DNA of 32,000 nucleotides from Okeania sp. (GTDB lineage Bacteria; Cyanobacteriota; Cyanobacteriia; Cyanobacteriales; Microcoleaceae). The stretch is taken from contig NZ_JAYKGW010000171.1 of the NCBI RefSeq assembly GCF_035285525.1, forward strand, positions 30,001 to 62,000. Direction: 5' to 3'. Below the pieces are notes generated by a model. The model was not told where the DNA came from. It did not search any database and worked only from the letters and a program-made list of their open reading frames with translations. Position numbers and translations under genes: made by a program. Shown here piece after piece: positions 23,101-25,342 of this stretch; within the stretch, counting starts at the first letter, position 1, and each line of letters begins with the position of its first letter.

Positions 23101-25169
23101 ATGTAATTAAATCTGTTGGTAATTACGATGAAATATATAAACGTGTTTTCCCTGGTTTAGAACGTAAACGCAACCATCTCTGGACTAACGAAGGTTTACA
23201 TTACTCACTACCTTTCTCCGGTACAACAATTTCATCAGAATTGATTAATAATGATGAACGAGGTCTTCTGCAGGAAATATTGGAGCGTGGTGTGGTAAAT
23301 GTAGGTCTCCCTGGTAATAGTCCTGGTTTTGGTGAACAAAGAGAAGGAGAATGGCAAGGCTTTGATGTTGATTTAGGTCGCGCATTAGCAGCAGCTTTAT
23401 TTGGCGATCCTGATCGAGTTAATTTTGTGGAACAGGATTTTGCTAAGGGTTTCCCCAATGTAGCCAATGGTAAAGTAGATGTTTCGGCAATGGCTGTTTC
23501 CCACAACTTAGTACGAGATGCAGGTTTAGGTATCGACTACGGTCCTACCTATCTCTATACCGGACAAGGAATATTAGTCAGAAATAATAGTGGTATCACT
23601 TCTTTGCCCATGTTAAATGGTCTGAGAATAGGAGTGGTAGCAGAAAGGACTACTAAGCAAAATCTGGAAGATAACTTGGCAAAAATAGGAGGTACCTTTG
23701 TTCCCGTAGAATTTAACAGCAATAAGGACCTGTTTGCTGCCTATGAAAGTAATGAAATAGATGCCCTAGCAACAGATTTAACGATTATTGCTACCAGGAT
23801 TAATGATTTTTCTAATCCTTCGGAACATCGCATCTTAAATGAAGTCTTGTCTAAAGAACCTTTAGCATTAGTGATTGATGAAAATCAGTCAGACTGGGCA
23901 GATGTTGTCCGATGGGTGACTCATACTCTGGTACAAGCAGAAGAATTTGGCATTACTCAAGAAAATGTAGATGATGTTATTGCTAATAGCGAAAATCTCC
24001 AGATTCGTCGTTTCTTAGGTTTAGAAGAAAATATAGGCGAAACTCTAGGTTTACCTAAAGATTACGCGGTACAAATAATTAAAGCTGTGGGTAACTATGG
24101 GGAAGCTTACGATCGCCACTTTAATAAGTTTAATAGCAATATTTTGCCTCGGGGTACTAACGAATTATTGAGCGACTTTGGCTTACAATATGCTTATCCT
24201 TTGGGAGTACCTCCAGTTACTGAAGATGAACCAACTGTCCCTATTCAGGAAGACTCTTCGCCACAACAACAAGATGATGAAATTGATGCTGCTGATACTA
24301 CCACACCTGATGAGACTGAAGATACAGAGACGTCTGATGAAACTCAAGACACAGAGGATACTACGTCTGATGAGACTGAAGATACAGAAAGTACCATATC
24401 TGATGAGACTGAAGATACAGAAAATACCTCAACTCTAGAAGATGAAACAGGAGAACAGACAACTCTCGACCCTAATGATGGACAAGAGTCTATAGAAGAG
24501 GAAGTAGAAGCAGGTCAAGTTACAATAGGTACTGATGGTAGCAATACTTTGTCAGGCGGTTCGGACAATAATGTGCTTTACGGTATGCGGGATGACGATG
24601 TGCTTTATGGTAATGCAGGAGAGGACACTACTTATGGTGGTAAAGGGAATGACCTAATTATTGGAGGCGACGGTGACGACCTTCTTTATGGAAATAATGA
24701 CAATGATACTATTGAAGGTGAAGGGGGTAACGATGAAGTTCATGGTAATCGTGGATTAGATTTTATTAATGGTGGCGATGGTGACGATCTACTTTATGGT
24801 GGTAAAGATTCTGATCGTATTTTGGGAGGTGCAGATAACGACACTATCTTTGGCGATCAGGGTAATGACTTATTAGAAGGTAATGAAGGGGATGATTTGA
24901 TTGATGGTGGTGAGGGAGATAATACTCTTAGTGGTGGTCAGGGTGGCGATCGCTTTGTATTAGCTCCAGGTAACAGCAATCTGATTCTAGATTTTGAGGA
25001 TGGTATTGATTTCTTACAGCTTGAAGATGGTATTGCTTTTGAGGATTTGACTTTAACTGAAGAATCAGGAAACACTGTGGTTGAGTTGAACTCGGAACGC
25101 TTGGCTATTGTTTCGGGGGTAGCTTCTGGTTTGCTAACAGCAGAAGATTTTCTCATTGCTGAAAGTTAA
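4602..25169 (+). CDS. giant (6,855 aa) mosaic RTX / Calx-beta / FG-GAP / SBP-containing protein; predicted type I secretion substrate, surface or extracellular
   Basis: A single uninterrupted 20,568-nt ORF. Recognisable domains run in one frame along its whole length (see sub-features). It contains two blocks of GGxGxDxUx nonapeptides and an RTX-type C-terminus. It is acidic and appears to contain only one Cys. Confidence 0.95.
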   Translation: MDNQPKSLVFLDTSISNYQQLMEGIDRNNTEIILINGSQNGIEVITNVLAQRQNLKNIQILSHGSEGALYLGNSKLDSSNLQDYSAQLDTWGKAMTNGGDFLLYGCNVASGDGKTFVEELSRITRRDVAASEDLTGSSVRGGDWDLEFKTGDIEARSALLPEVRANFAGVLDPVTIYKDSNYQGWSKSFYSEGFYTNFGDVGNDSTSSIKVEEGYKATLYKDNTQRSDSIIFLGNNSKLENNFNDIASAIKIEKIPETGLKATLYSNEDFTGDSVKFNTNIISQDWGGFNHGVPREDPDFFSAVWEGYFVPPESGTYKFSYKADDVVRFQIDTNGNEWFDIDSGWYTLGDGKSSSEYFQEGTAYKTKVSYFERKGDASIDFTVDGPGRSDSRNLSGLFVPYNPPKLSITPLNSESSERSGYAQFQVTADKTAPYDIDLNFSWNGQYTTKDGQSYFGRQIPRGSRETIVKIPIKNDSVYESSETLTFTLKPGNPAYLLGSNTTATAEIIDNDMKVSLEGGGETLKEAEQGKTNLTLKISDGGFQETTPVTFNTTGSLHLRIDPITVPAGQTSVDVPVTAIKNTDVINDESFQISVAPNLSYYQLADNNTVNINVEDDEPEIDITSTGIIEEAGATGEFTINFTKVNPQEFELKFQVEGTAKHGTLRNPSADSDYKLFYDALNENGKSLELEGSNYLKPGTDKAKPDIHTVKVPANTKTIKLRVQPINDELWEPDETVTITLLDHAESTSANKQYYKINSSKNTGTFTIKDNEPTISLGKVVNPEEGFGFGSTIQELGKALALDGEGYVRVPSSDKLDLSSNGKFTQEAWVDVTGSGEQAIFGDGTYQTNNQKAFPRLWITKKQGVKAAFGDGEVYHELFSPDNVLNPNSWNHLAATFDGTDYKIYVNGVEIVSTDKYKGKKPDNSQQFDIGRNGESDYFQGAIDEVRLWNVARTPGEIQNAMVTPLTGEETGLIGYWSFENNTNDSSSNDNHGTYVDNIFITPNNGNNESQFIDSQANPDGKNLGKTLYFTGEGKRQVTTRAFDTTVVDNITFDLIFSDGTNGGEAADEGKDVVLEYSTDGGNKWQQLAIYDTENYTQWTAIQETLPENARADKTEFRWRQIRDDGSGDNWGLANVQVANYINNPAPQIGYIEVNLDRPFEAPQGLWVNYDINSTAKQNEDYFNSRYRKVSTDGNSERDGIIIPQGETSGRIYIVANPDALEETDEELTITLKPHNFDNEAGSSNTNTNYRVDSNNETRLVKIIDNGAYQEKALFLDKFDRPIDTNNPLYVDGNGQATIKVKLAGLFSDDNEKVAVTVSGKQVNFDNSNWDRAQTITIDDLTTSSTLSYSYSNKDGNQSGSIPVTATPPQLIQTEEGSTADLIPVTPEVSINKGRDVREGDNQPGEFIVNLNAPAPEGGLEVKYTVEGTATTKEDYEELPDTIIVEAGETQVILPVAAVDDNILEDKETVEISLVQPLPTVGAEFQVNTYTNSHQLKPVVTALSNGGFVIIWQSYNQDGSDYGIYGQRYDADSNKVGNEFQVNTYTTNWQERPAVTALPNGGFVVTWDSVGQDGSGNGIYGQRYDANGNKAGNEFQVNTRTINAQWKPAVTALTNGDFVVTWNSSDQDGSGTGIYGQRYDADGNKVGNEFLVNTYTKSSQENSAVTALPNGGFVVTWHSRGQDGDGTGVYGQRYDADGNKVGNEFQVNTYTTSWQDHSAVTALTNGGFVVTWNSSDQDGDITGVYGQRYDADGNKVGNEFQVNTYTIGNQHSSEVTALPNGGFVVTWNSGGNQDGSASGVYGQRYNADGNKVGDEFQVNTYTNNAQRNSAITTLANGDFIVAWESQGQDGSNYGIYSQRYQNVFYTVNPEFDSATVEIADNDSTNIELANKVESTGEETSSYTSTFTPVNTSEDGTSETVGVRLPSRPSADVTLKLSNPDTTEGEVTPTNLTFTTNNWDEYQDVTITGKPDSENDGDVEYEIAVTAESDDVNYNDKTTVIPVTNTDENSNIELANKIEVTDPETGEKSTSYTVSFNEVTTSEEGTSETVGVRLPKAPNANVTVELSEVDTTEGEVTPTNLTFTPNNWDEYQDVTITGKPDPENDKDEKDVKYNIYFKDTSDEPKYETTKITVTNTDIDGTGETEAVKKPTASVKVIEQMTETKAGKVEISLSEPVPEGETVTVQFSAYDDNTATEGEDYKLGNKLFINSIADDNNKTQLFDNPFGEESPGNSAKPAFGDVDGDGDTDAVVGTADGTIKYFENLGIGNLQARSGANNPFNNIKVGSNAAPALSDINNDSKLDLVVGAGDGNLSYFVNKSNSTNTLFLSADAIADLTNPFSSIKANNNSVPTFGDLNGDRLPDLVLGAGNGSVTYYFNEGTATKPIFKSNSGNEITKLGNNAMPQLIDWDFDNDLDIIAINSEGEIKYLQNSNSSSPNFTVKNGQILPGITIDPGSALALTDLDEDGDTDAFIGTPNEGIEYLEQFQAVTFKAGEKTKEVTIQPIQDRVDEGEGESFKFTLENGINENNKYEVDSKSNQVELTIGDDDNAGVTVTPKQTDTTTSESEKGKTLTYTVKLDSKPTDVVQVYFGSNDATEALLGTSKSKKLELEVENGKNPNKFPARQGARFFDGNGVRQATTEELNGTNVDKVAFDLIFGNNSNGGEAAEDGEDVILEYSTNGGSSWSVIARYDTEDYAEWTTIEQEIPPEARTPKTQLRWRQVSHDGNGYDNWGLAKVEIPIAQKAEVIQLEFTPDNWDKPQEFFVSGVDDEIDDNNVPYKIITTVQSEDRQYRGLEVEPIQLTNNDDADNAQLEITKITDGVAEGRENIYKVQLSTKPTGEVRVIADPQNDQIRLNDENFGDRMTLTFDETNWDVEQVVRVSAFDDNIVEFIHESQIEFEVESGKYKDFESKAVNDNSEGAIDLGEIQGGYTWKNLGVAGTDRDWFKFTLTDAATTEDFVRLNITEGNKDNLEFKIYKEDDLENAVKTSSSEVKLDGLERGEYYLEIFSPEKSKIEYDLVIADEGYQYETLENDLKPLDVQIVDDDLPTAKIISGPTAAELSSEPGYFTIKLDAPVPNRNGSTGIKVNYEIVGGTATLQENKQLGDYKVTNKNSSKQGSVRIAPGEVQNNVIVVPIDDKLVEDLDLEVTKVTKGDTSNGKTKLNLDVQIPLTVTLTKEENLQEPNDTSDSASILTGSDNLSFENLSISSNDKDWYKFTLLETGTSKHNIKMTPSSSGEGLGDLDIRLYKKENINQVIRYSNFSGRTVENISLDGLPAGDYYIEVYGYSGSTNDYSLSVNAPLKAETPEIFADSTLKFSDDISGKISSGQKFQVTDSRLTATVAVEVNDEDADNILVGAKAKVAGETIQVKLLEGEGYQIKAENPEETEATLVIQDDDTPGVRIVQVGENTTVAEEKTATFAVSLLSEPNAPVTLKLTPGAEIEFVDPVAPTEVEVEKTTYNFATSEPKVDDQTFDIKLNSLVNTDRGDAVAFDIKLKEKPSKNVTVKIYDANDLDPTDKSRPLQEITFTADETAVVNKVTGEKKSGNWNELRKVNLYELDRDASGNYKLVLEVNGQKQEIAINSKVEKVKKETTSITIQPEDWFKLQTVTVAGSQDLVSEPGIFHNTSIQYEVTSSDNNYNEIFVPNQTIEVVDRVLNAKETAQGMKEGLGLLQDSIDELSLPLVGKLKGKNPSIIGDLGNALAKDTESQTQLTSEKLKETIENVLGKLGLEFFNVTTEINELETIVGINLSKQQEYRLPLDANLGIPALGLQTEGDLRAAFNFDMSLTFGIHKQFGFYLDTGTKKDENGDEIKDKDGKPIYNTFLDTGIKVDLKDFKGRGGLGFLALEFTDDPENPTALQVSFTATLNDVDDIKKDTDETKKPTTTIVQKSLITDSGLVIDVPASTSLENDEILAEKIATEEAAIENKIADAEKVDQGLGTVEVTELSKDKLSKEVEKATSKKSENPDKLKKSEGKTVGESELSESEELEETISSEKSQKLKNKLKKSEGKTVGESELSESEELEETISAEKSQKLKNKPKKSEGKTVGESELSESEELEETVSRKKSQNKNKKQQKNNDDSKLVSESGTTSETEEEATQESQTSDRPLIQRRSGTTTSTETLTGNALTNRLSELGINELSVTLPTNVTVELTTADGSYKLSIDNFDLKALVKEVTTIQLPIDLEITGAVLNVTQSTKDGKKVNSYDIQGKFNNADVTYKDLANGGYELGIKEFDLKDFVEKATTVTLPIDLKIDDAKFNITKDTDGKASYDITGKFNNADVSYKDLTDGGYEVKLDNFDLQKFVKDTTKVELPIDAKVDDAVIKITKVTKGEQEVNNYDISGKINNADVSYKDLTDGGYEVKFDDELDLSAVVKAAANDPNLPIPSLSLNKPSLTYSKDDSETKYSFTLADESSISYTKKSNNDYEFIVDHFPIGKLSEWIDTDLGISGASEVFKGNLDVEISPNKKEIVLDGTVDFGKFMKPLINYDVSWKVNKPTLSYTTLGGETKYSFSDTSKSISYAKDAKGQTTFKVDNFPIGDIANVVASGLGLSSSNLPKWIVDATISPTEKSLSVDGEIAVKDFADFVGLNLPDGLNLSLKNPNLSVKGTDKNKSFDFSGTGTLTLPKDSFDDFTEIADLLPGIEATASGLEVSGDIAVSKLSSGDIGLQLGVPVLGAIRLERENDKWKLAAIEDGDRLTIADLGVVATNDEYSFTDLFNYEFKGDANLGLKTKTSIEGNSAFPSFNVDIAADLPLFNYGSQEEADDRGFDIAFNNLEIDLGTFLSDLAKPVVVEVDRIIDPIKPVIKALQADTKLLSKLKLESKFDKDGKPGVSILEIAETLLPENKKIQTAITFAKTVSGIVDTVDALNKQEGNKRIPLGSYNLDDFKAASQDDADDASKKSDSIKLDTDDKSKDTSEDKSKDKSTPEEQAKENEAYKSFSSLEGISIPLIEKPINAAYLLLGKNVDLIKYDIPDLEFGFELSQSFPFWTPPLISGKLGGGITAKTDLAIGFDTYGVNQWWKKYNFDPAKAYLVFDGFYLDDFDKDGKDKPEFSLDGDISAGVNVSILAASAEVKGGVDGNVSFDVEDVGEKTGKNDGKIRGSEILSRINDPLSLFELYGKIDAYLKGEAKVFGLGTVWEKEFARFNLAEFRIDKSGASASAIGGKYSTSYIADATIFLDANLNGLLDDNEPVTVTDSNGNYNLEFDIEYYDTNGNGKLDAEEGQIVAMGGVDTSSGVNITTQMVGSVESAVLTPLTNLQKFLVQEEYVASNKAADKLMTEKLDLPKGGSLADNDPIADIGDDQGLVQKVGVEFYLAHVELQNIIVHANALVQGVNSEIDSIYLEKIVTQGLAEALTSEKVSFDLSNAEDVEFILKEIAAQSTKPDIANGEEEEGTKPDIANGEEISADIIETVAEMVAEANALIDEMATAAEKQSLELVMPTVAPVKRSTQGELTKITKELAAGKSTPETAQEQFTTQLEESNRLEPQLISDTRKVKVYSTGDGEIDENTGKTIDIVIELGEPAPNQGVNILYNISGTATEGEDYQIVGLPNGGSEIYIEPGETQKTITISPENDEISELTEFITLNLRYAAESFVIDSEMQTAVVRIIDDEELTTGDQPEGIWKPGTVDDDTLVGTKKQDTLSGNYGNDSIKGKAGADVLQGSHGNDTIIGGTGSDVVEGNYGDDLLQGNQGNDQIHGGSGVDRISGGADNDDIYGGADDDNISGGAGNDNISGDTGNDNISGDANNDWIQGGVGNDVITGGEGQDVVNGGDGADYFVLKSPEEGLDIVVDFDPTQGDKIIIDSAGFNNPTLEDFQFLNGYLYFQKQQIALIQNEGVSYNYFSYLSEILEIKNTKTLKTPVSPKVTIQETEGAEAEEPSTSSNIVSRKEPANLFAEILQRGVVKVGVVNNPVVYEELEDGTARGTGAELGKTLASALFGDENAVEYVLLDFNQGFEAVANKEVDILDSGATYNLVRDALLDIDFAPVRFYDNDAIIVKADRDIDNAQELQGLTIGVFAGSTTEQNLKDFLAENSIEVEIISFSSKQDIFVSYDNGEIDAVASDRTVLASLIPTFSNPDNHKILDEEISEGPLAPILPENESEWADVVRWVTYVPIQAEEFAITSKNIDQVKADSQDPAIRRFLGLGGNLEGNLGETLGLPADFAENVIKSVGNYDEIYKRVFPGLERKRNHLWTNEGLHYSLPFSGTTISSELINNDERGLLQEILERGVVNVGLPGNSPGFGEQREGEWQGFDVDLGRALAAALFGDPDRVNFVEQDFAKGFPNVANGKVDVSAMAVSHNLVRDAGLGIDYGPTYLYTGQGILVRNNSGITSLPMLNGLRIGVVAERTTKQNLEDNLAKIGGTFVPVEFNSNKDLFAAYESNEIDALATDLTIIATRINDFSNPSEHRILNEVLSKEPLALVIDENQSDWADVVRWVTHTLVQAEEFGITQENVDDVIANSENLQIRRFLGLEENIGETLGLPKDYAVQIIKAVGNYGEAYDRHFNKFNSNILPRGTNELLSDFGLQYAYPLGVPPVTEDEPTVPIQEDSSPQQQDDEIDAADTTTPDETEDTETSDETQDTEDTTSDETEDTESTISDETEDTENTSTLEDETGEQTTLDPNDGQESIEEEVEAGQVTIGTDGSNTLSGGSDNNVLYGMRDDDVLYGNAGEDTTYGGKGNDLIIGGDGDDLLYGNNDNDTIEGEGGNDEVHGNRGLDFINGGDGDDLLYGGKDSDRILGGADNDTIFGDQGNDLLEGNEGDDLIDGGEGDNTLSGGQGGDRFVLAPGNSNLILDFEDGIDFLQLEDGIAFEDLTLTEESGNTVVELNSERLAIVSGVASGLLTAEDFLIAES
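5120..5370 (+). other. beta-gamma-crystallin-like module
   Basis: YKDSNYQG fits the Greek-key signature Y/FxxxxY/FxG. NDSTSS and NDIASA fit the microbial Ca-binding motif (N/D)(N/D)xx(S/T)S. Confidence 0.5.
5377..5800 (+). other. PA14 domain
   Basis: GLKATLYSNEDFTGDSVKFNTN..DFFSAVWEGYFVPPESGTYKFSYKADDVVRFQID..YKTKVSYFERKGDASIDF matches the classical PA14 pattern. Confidence 0.7.
5813..6925 (+). other. array of Calx-beta-like modules (about 3-4)
   Basis: The pattern xVxYxTxxGTAxxGxDY...ExxExF/TxTL...AxxxIxDND recurs, e.g. TATAEIIDND, NINVEDDEPEI and EPDETVTITLL..FTIKDNEP. Confidence 0.65.
6990..7550 (+). other. LamG / concanavalin-A-like lectin domain (Laminin_G_3 type)
   Basis: LALDGEGYVRVPSSDKLDLSSNGKFTQEAWV..WNHLAATFDGTDYKIYVNGVEIV..FDIGRNGESDYFQGAIDEVRLWNVARTPGEIQ is the typical pattern of this domain. 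Confidence 0.7.
7675..8015 (+). other. Asp-box jelly-roll module, copy 1 (reelin-subrepeat-like)
   Basis: FDLIFSDGTNGGEAADEGKDVVLEYSTDGGNKWQQLAIYDTENYTQWTAIQETLPENARADKTEFRWRQIRDDGSGDNWGLANVQV contains one SxDxGxxW Asp-box. A paralogous copy lies at 12465-12812. Confidence 0.45.
8038..9030 (+). other. Calx-beta-like modules plus an unassigned segment
   Basis: LWVNYDINSTAKQNEDYF..ETDEELTITLKP and GEFIVNLNAPAPEGGLEVKYTVEGTATTKEDYEELPDTIIVEAGETQVILPVAAVDDNILEDKETVEISLV fit the Calx-beta pattern. Confidence 0.6.
9048..10196 (+). repeat. seven tandem 165-bp (55-aa) repeats, predicted seven-bladed beta-propeller
   Basis: GAATTC recurs in phase at 9048, 9213, 9378, 9543, 9708, 9873 and 10041. The periods are six of 165 nt and one of 168 nt. 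The unit is EFQVNTYTxxxQxxxAVTALxNGGFVVTWxSxxQDGSGxGIYGQRYDAxGNKVGN. Confidence 0.9.
10248..10995 (+). repeat. two tandem ~125-129-aa Ig-like modules
   Basis: NIELANK..TSE(D/E)GTSETVGVRLP..(A/N)(D/N)VT(L/V)(K/E)LS..DTTEGEVTPTNLTFT(T/P)NNWDEYQDVTITGKPD occurs twice. The ~85-nt stretches starting at 10431 and 10818 are near-identical. Confidence 0.75.
11262..12045 (+). other. FG-GAP / VCBS-type repeats (at least 5)
   Basis: Repeats seen: PAFGDVDGDGDTDAVVGTADGTIKYFEN; PALSDINNDSKLDLVVGAGDGNLSYFVN; PTFGDLNGDRLPDLVLGAGNGSVTYYFNEG; PQLIDWDFDNDLDIIAINSEGEIKYLQN; LALTDLDEDGDTDAFIGTPNEGIEYLE. Confidence 0.8.
12465..12812 (+). other. Asp-box jelly-roll module, copy 2
   Basis: FDLIFGNNSNGGEAAEDGEDVILEYSTNGGSSWSVIARYDTEDYAEWTTIEQEIPPEARTPKTQLRWRQVSHDGNGYDNWGLAKVEI is colinear with copy 1. 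Confidence 0.45.
13335..13660 (+). other. bacterial pre-peptidase C-terminal (PPC) domain 1
   Basis: NDNSEGAIDLGE..GTDRDWFKFTL..LEFKIYKEDD..LERGEYYLEIFS..EYDLVI fits the PPC pattern. Confidence 0.65.
14139..14490 (+). other. PPC domain 2
   Basis: EPNDTSDSASIL..SNDKDWYKFTL..LDIRLYKKEN..LPAGDYYIEVYGYSGSTNDYSLSV fits the PPC pattern. Confidence 0.7.
16500..16814 (+). repeat. three near-perfect tandem 105-bp (35-aa) repeats encoding a K/E/S-rich segment
   Basis: Units start at 16500, 16605 and 16710. The encoded unit is KLKKSEGKTVGESELSESEELEETIS(S/A)EKSQKLKN. Only a few substitutions separate units 1 and 2. Confidence 0.9.
17091..17700 (+). repeat. three 65-68-aa repeats of an unnamed module
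   Basis: The FDL(K/Q) landmark occurs at 17091, 17295, 17490 and about 17685. The unit is FDLKxFVKxxTxxxLPIDxKxDDAxxxITKxTxGxxxYDIxGKFNNADVSYKDLTDGGYEVK. An identical 54-nt stretch occurs at about 17421 and 17631. Confidence 0.8.
17763..18700 (+). repeat. three ~104-aa repeats of a second unnamed module
   Basis: LNKPSLTYSKDDSETKYSF (about 17763), VNKPTLSYTTLGGETKYSF (about 18075) and LKNPNLSVKGTDKNKSFDF (about 18391). Each is followed by ..ISY(T/A)K..F.VD.FPIG.. . Confidence 0.7.
20104..20300 (+). other. SdrD-B / dockerin-like Ca-binding module
   Basis: YIADATIFLDANLNGLLDDNEPVTVTDSNGNYNLEFDIEYYDTNGNGKLDAEEGQIV contains two DxNxNGxxD-type loops. Confidence 0.4.
21085..21440 (+). other. Calx-beta domain
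   Basis: IDIVIELGEPAPNQGVNILYNISGTATEGEDYQIVG..IYIEPGETQKTITISPENDEISELTEFITLNL..TAVVRIIDDE fits the Calx-beta pattern. Confidence 0.7.
21485..21940 (+). other. RTX block 1 (about 16 nonapeptide repeats)
   Basis: LSGNYGNDS IKGKAGADV LQGSHGNDT IIGGTGSDV VEGNYGDDL LQGNQGNDQ IHGGSGVDR ISGGADNDD IYGGADDDN ISGGAGNDN ISGDTGNDN ISGDANNDW IQGGVGNDV ITGGEGQDV VNGGDGADY. A 27-bp DNA periodicity is visible at 21723-21848. Confidence 0.9.
21940..22120 (+). other. internal copy of an RTX-protein C-terminal module
   Basis: DYFVLKSPEEGLDIVVDFDPTQGDKIIIDSAGFNNPTLEDFQFLNGYLYFQKQQIALIQNEG is colinear with the true C-terminus DRFVLAPGNSNLILDFEDGIDFLQLEDGIAFEDLTL..ERLAIVSGV. Confidence 0.5.
22283..23220 (+). 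other. family 3 periplasmic solute-binding domain, AapJ/BztA/NatF (general amino-acid) type, copy 1
   Basis: ILQRGVVKVGV..GTGAELGKTLASALFGDENAVEYVLLDFNQGFEAVANKEVDIL..YNLVRDALLDIDFAPV..LQGLTIGVFAGSTTEQNL..GEIDAVASDRTVLASL..HKILDEEISEGPLAP..EWADVVRWVTY..AEEFAITSKN..IRRFLGL..LGLPADFAENVIKSVGNYDEIYKR.. . Confidence 0.85.
23266..24212 (+). other. family 3 solute-binding domain, AapJ/NatF type, copy 2
   Basis: ILERGVVNVGLPGNSPGFGEQREGEWQGFDVDLGRALAAALFGDPDRVNFVEQDFAKGFPNVANGKVDV..HNLVRDAGLGIDYGPTYLYTGQGILV..LNGLRIGVVAERTTKQNL..NEIDALATDLTIIA..HRILNEVLSKEPLALV..DWADVVRWVTH..AEEFGITQEN..IRRFLGL..LGLPKDYAVQIIKAVGNYGEAYDR.. . Confidence 0.85.
24215..24520 (+). repeat. acidic T/D/E-rich low-complexity linker with SDETEDTE repeats
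   Basis: GATGAGACTGAAGATACAGA occurs at 24309, 24369 and 24402. The peptide reads PDETEDTETSDETQDTEDTTSDETEDTESTISDETEDTEN. Confidence 0.85.
24530..24955 (+). other. RTX block 2 (about 15 nonapeptide repeats)
   Basis: LSGGSDNNV LYGMRDDDV LYGNAGEDT TYGGKGNDL IIGGDGDDL LYGNNDNDT IEGEGGNDE VHGNRGLDF INGGDGDDL LYGGKDSDR ILGGADNDT IFGDQGNDL LEGNEGDDL IDGGEGDNT LSGGQGGDR. Confidence 0.9.
24956..25166 (+). other. C-terminal module, presumed T1SS secretion-signal region
   Basis: FVLAPGNSNLILDFEDGIDFLQLEDGIAFEDLTLTEESGNTVVELNSERLAIVSGVASGLLTAEDFLIAES-stop. Its position directly after an RTX block at the extreme C-terminus is what is expected for T1SS substrates. Confidence 0.6.
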
Positions 25170-25176
25170 AGTAATT

Positions 25177-25277
25177 AGGACTTACGCAAAGAAACCGGGT
25201 TTCTAGGATAAATTGTTGTTTTGAGCAATAGACGTCTACCCTCGTACCGGGTTTCTGGGTTCACTTGCGTAAGTCCT
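25177..25277. mobile_element. 101-bp MITE-like element with perfect 13-bp TIRs AGGACTTACGCAA / TTGCGTAAGTCCT
   Basis: The TIRs lie at 25177-25189 and 25265-25277. ACCGGGTTTCT is repeated internally as a direct repeat. AGTAAT is present on both flanks. The element starts 8 nt after the giant ORF stop, so it could also fold as a terminator stem. It shares its TIR family with 4050-4183. Confidence 0.6.
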
Positions 25278-25342
25278 GAGTAATATTATAGGATTTATAG
25301 GGGCAAGTGGCCATCTACTCCCTACTTCCTTAAATAAATAAT

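Noticed and set aside
22283-24212. The idea that the embedded SBP domains serve the neighbouring pot ABC importer.
   Set aside because: The pot cluster has its own cognate PotD-type binding protein (28322-29479), which belongs to a different SBP family. The embedded domains are AapJ/NatF-type. The 2-kb gap contains unrelated genes and pseudogenes, and there is no evidence of co-transcription.
4794-25156. More than thirty minus-strand or alternative-frame ORFs of 60-188 aa listed in the track inside the giant gene (e.g. 4794-5276, 7680-8132, 9105-9509, 18155-18721, 20645-21091, 23201-23506).
   Set aside because: All lie wholly inside a plus-frame ORF that carries recognisable domains throughout. 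Their translations are low-complexity shadows (S/P/I/L-rich) with no motifs. They are the expected by-product of a long ORF with biased composition.
21485-25169. Calling the RTX protein a hemolysin/cytolysin-type toxin.
   Set aside because: There is no long hydrophobic pore-forming region upstream of the RTX blocks, no adjacent hlyC-type acyltransferase, and no hlyBD genes. The architecture is adhesin or surface-protein-like.
25177-25277. Treating the AGTAAT flanks of the 101-bp MITE as a proven target-site duplication.
   Set aside because: The right-hand AGTAAT is separated from the TIR by one extra G, and the flanks are AT-rich. A 6-nt match could be chance, so it is mentioned only as a possibility.
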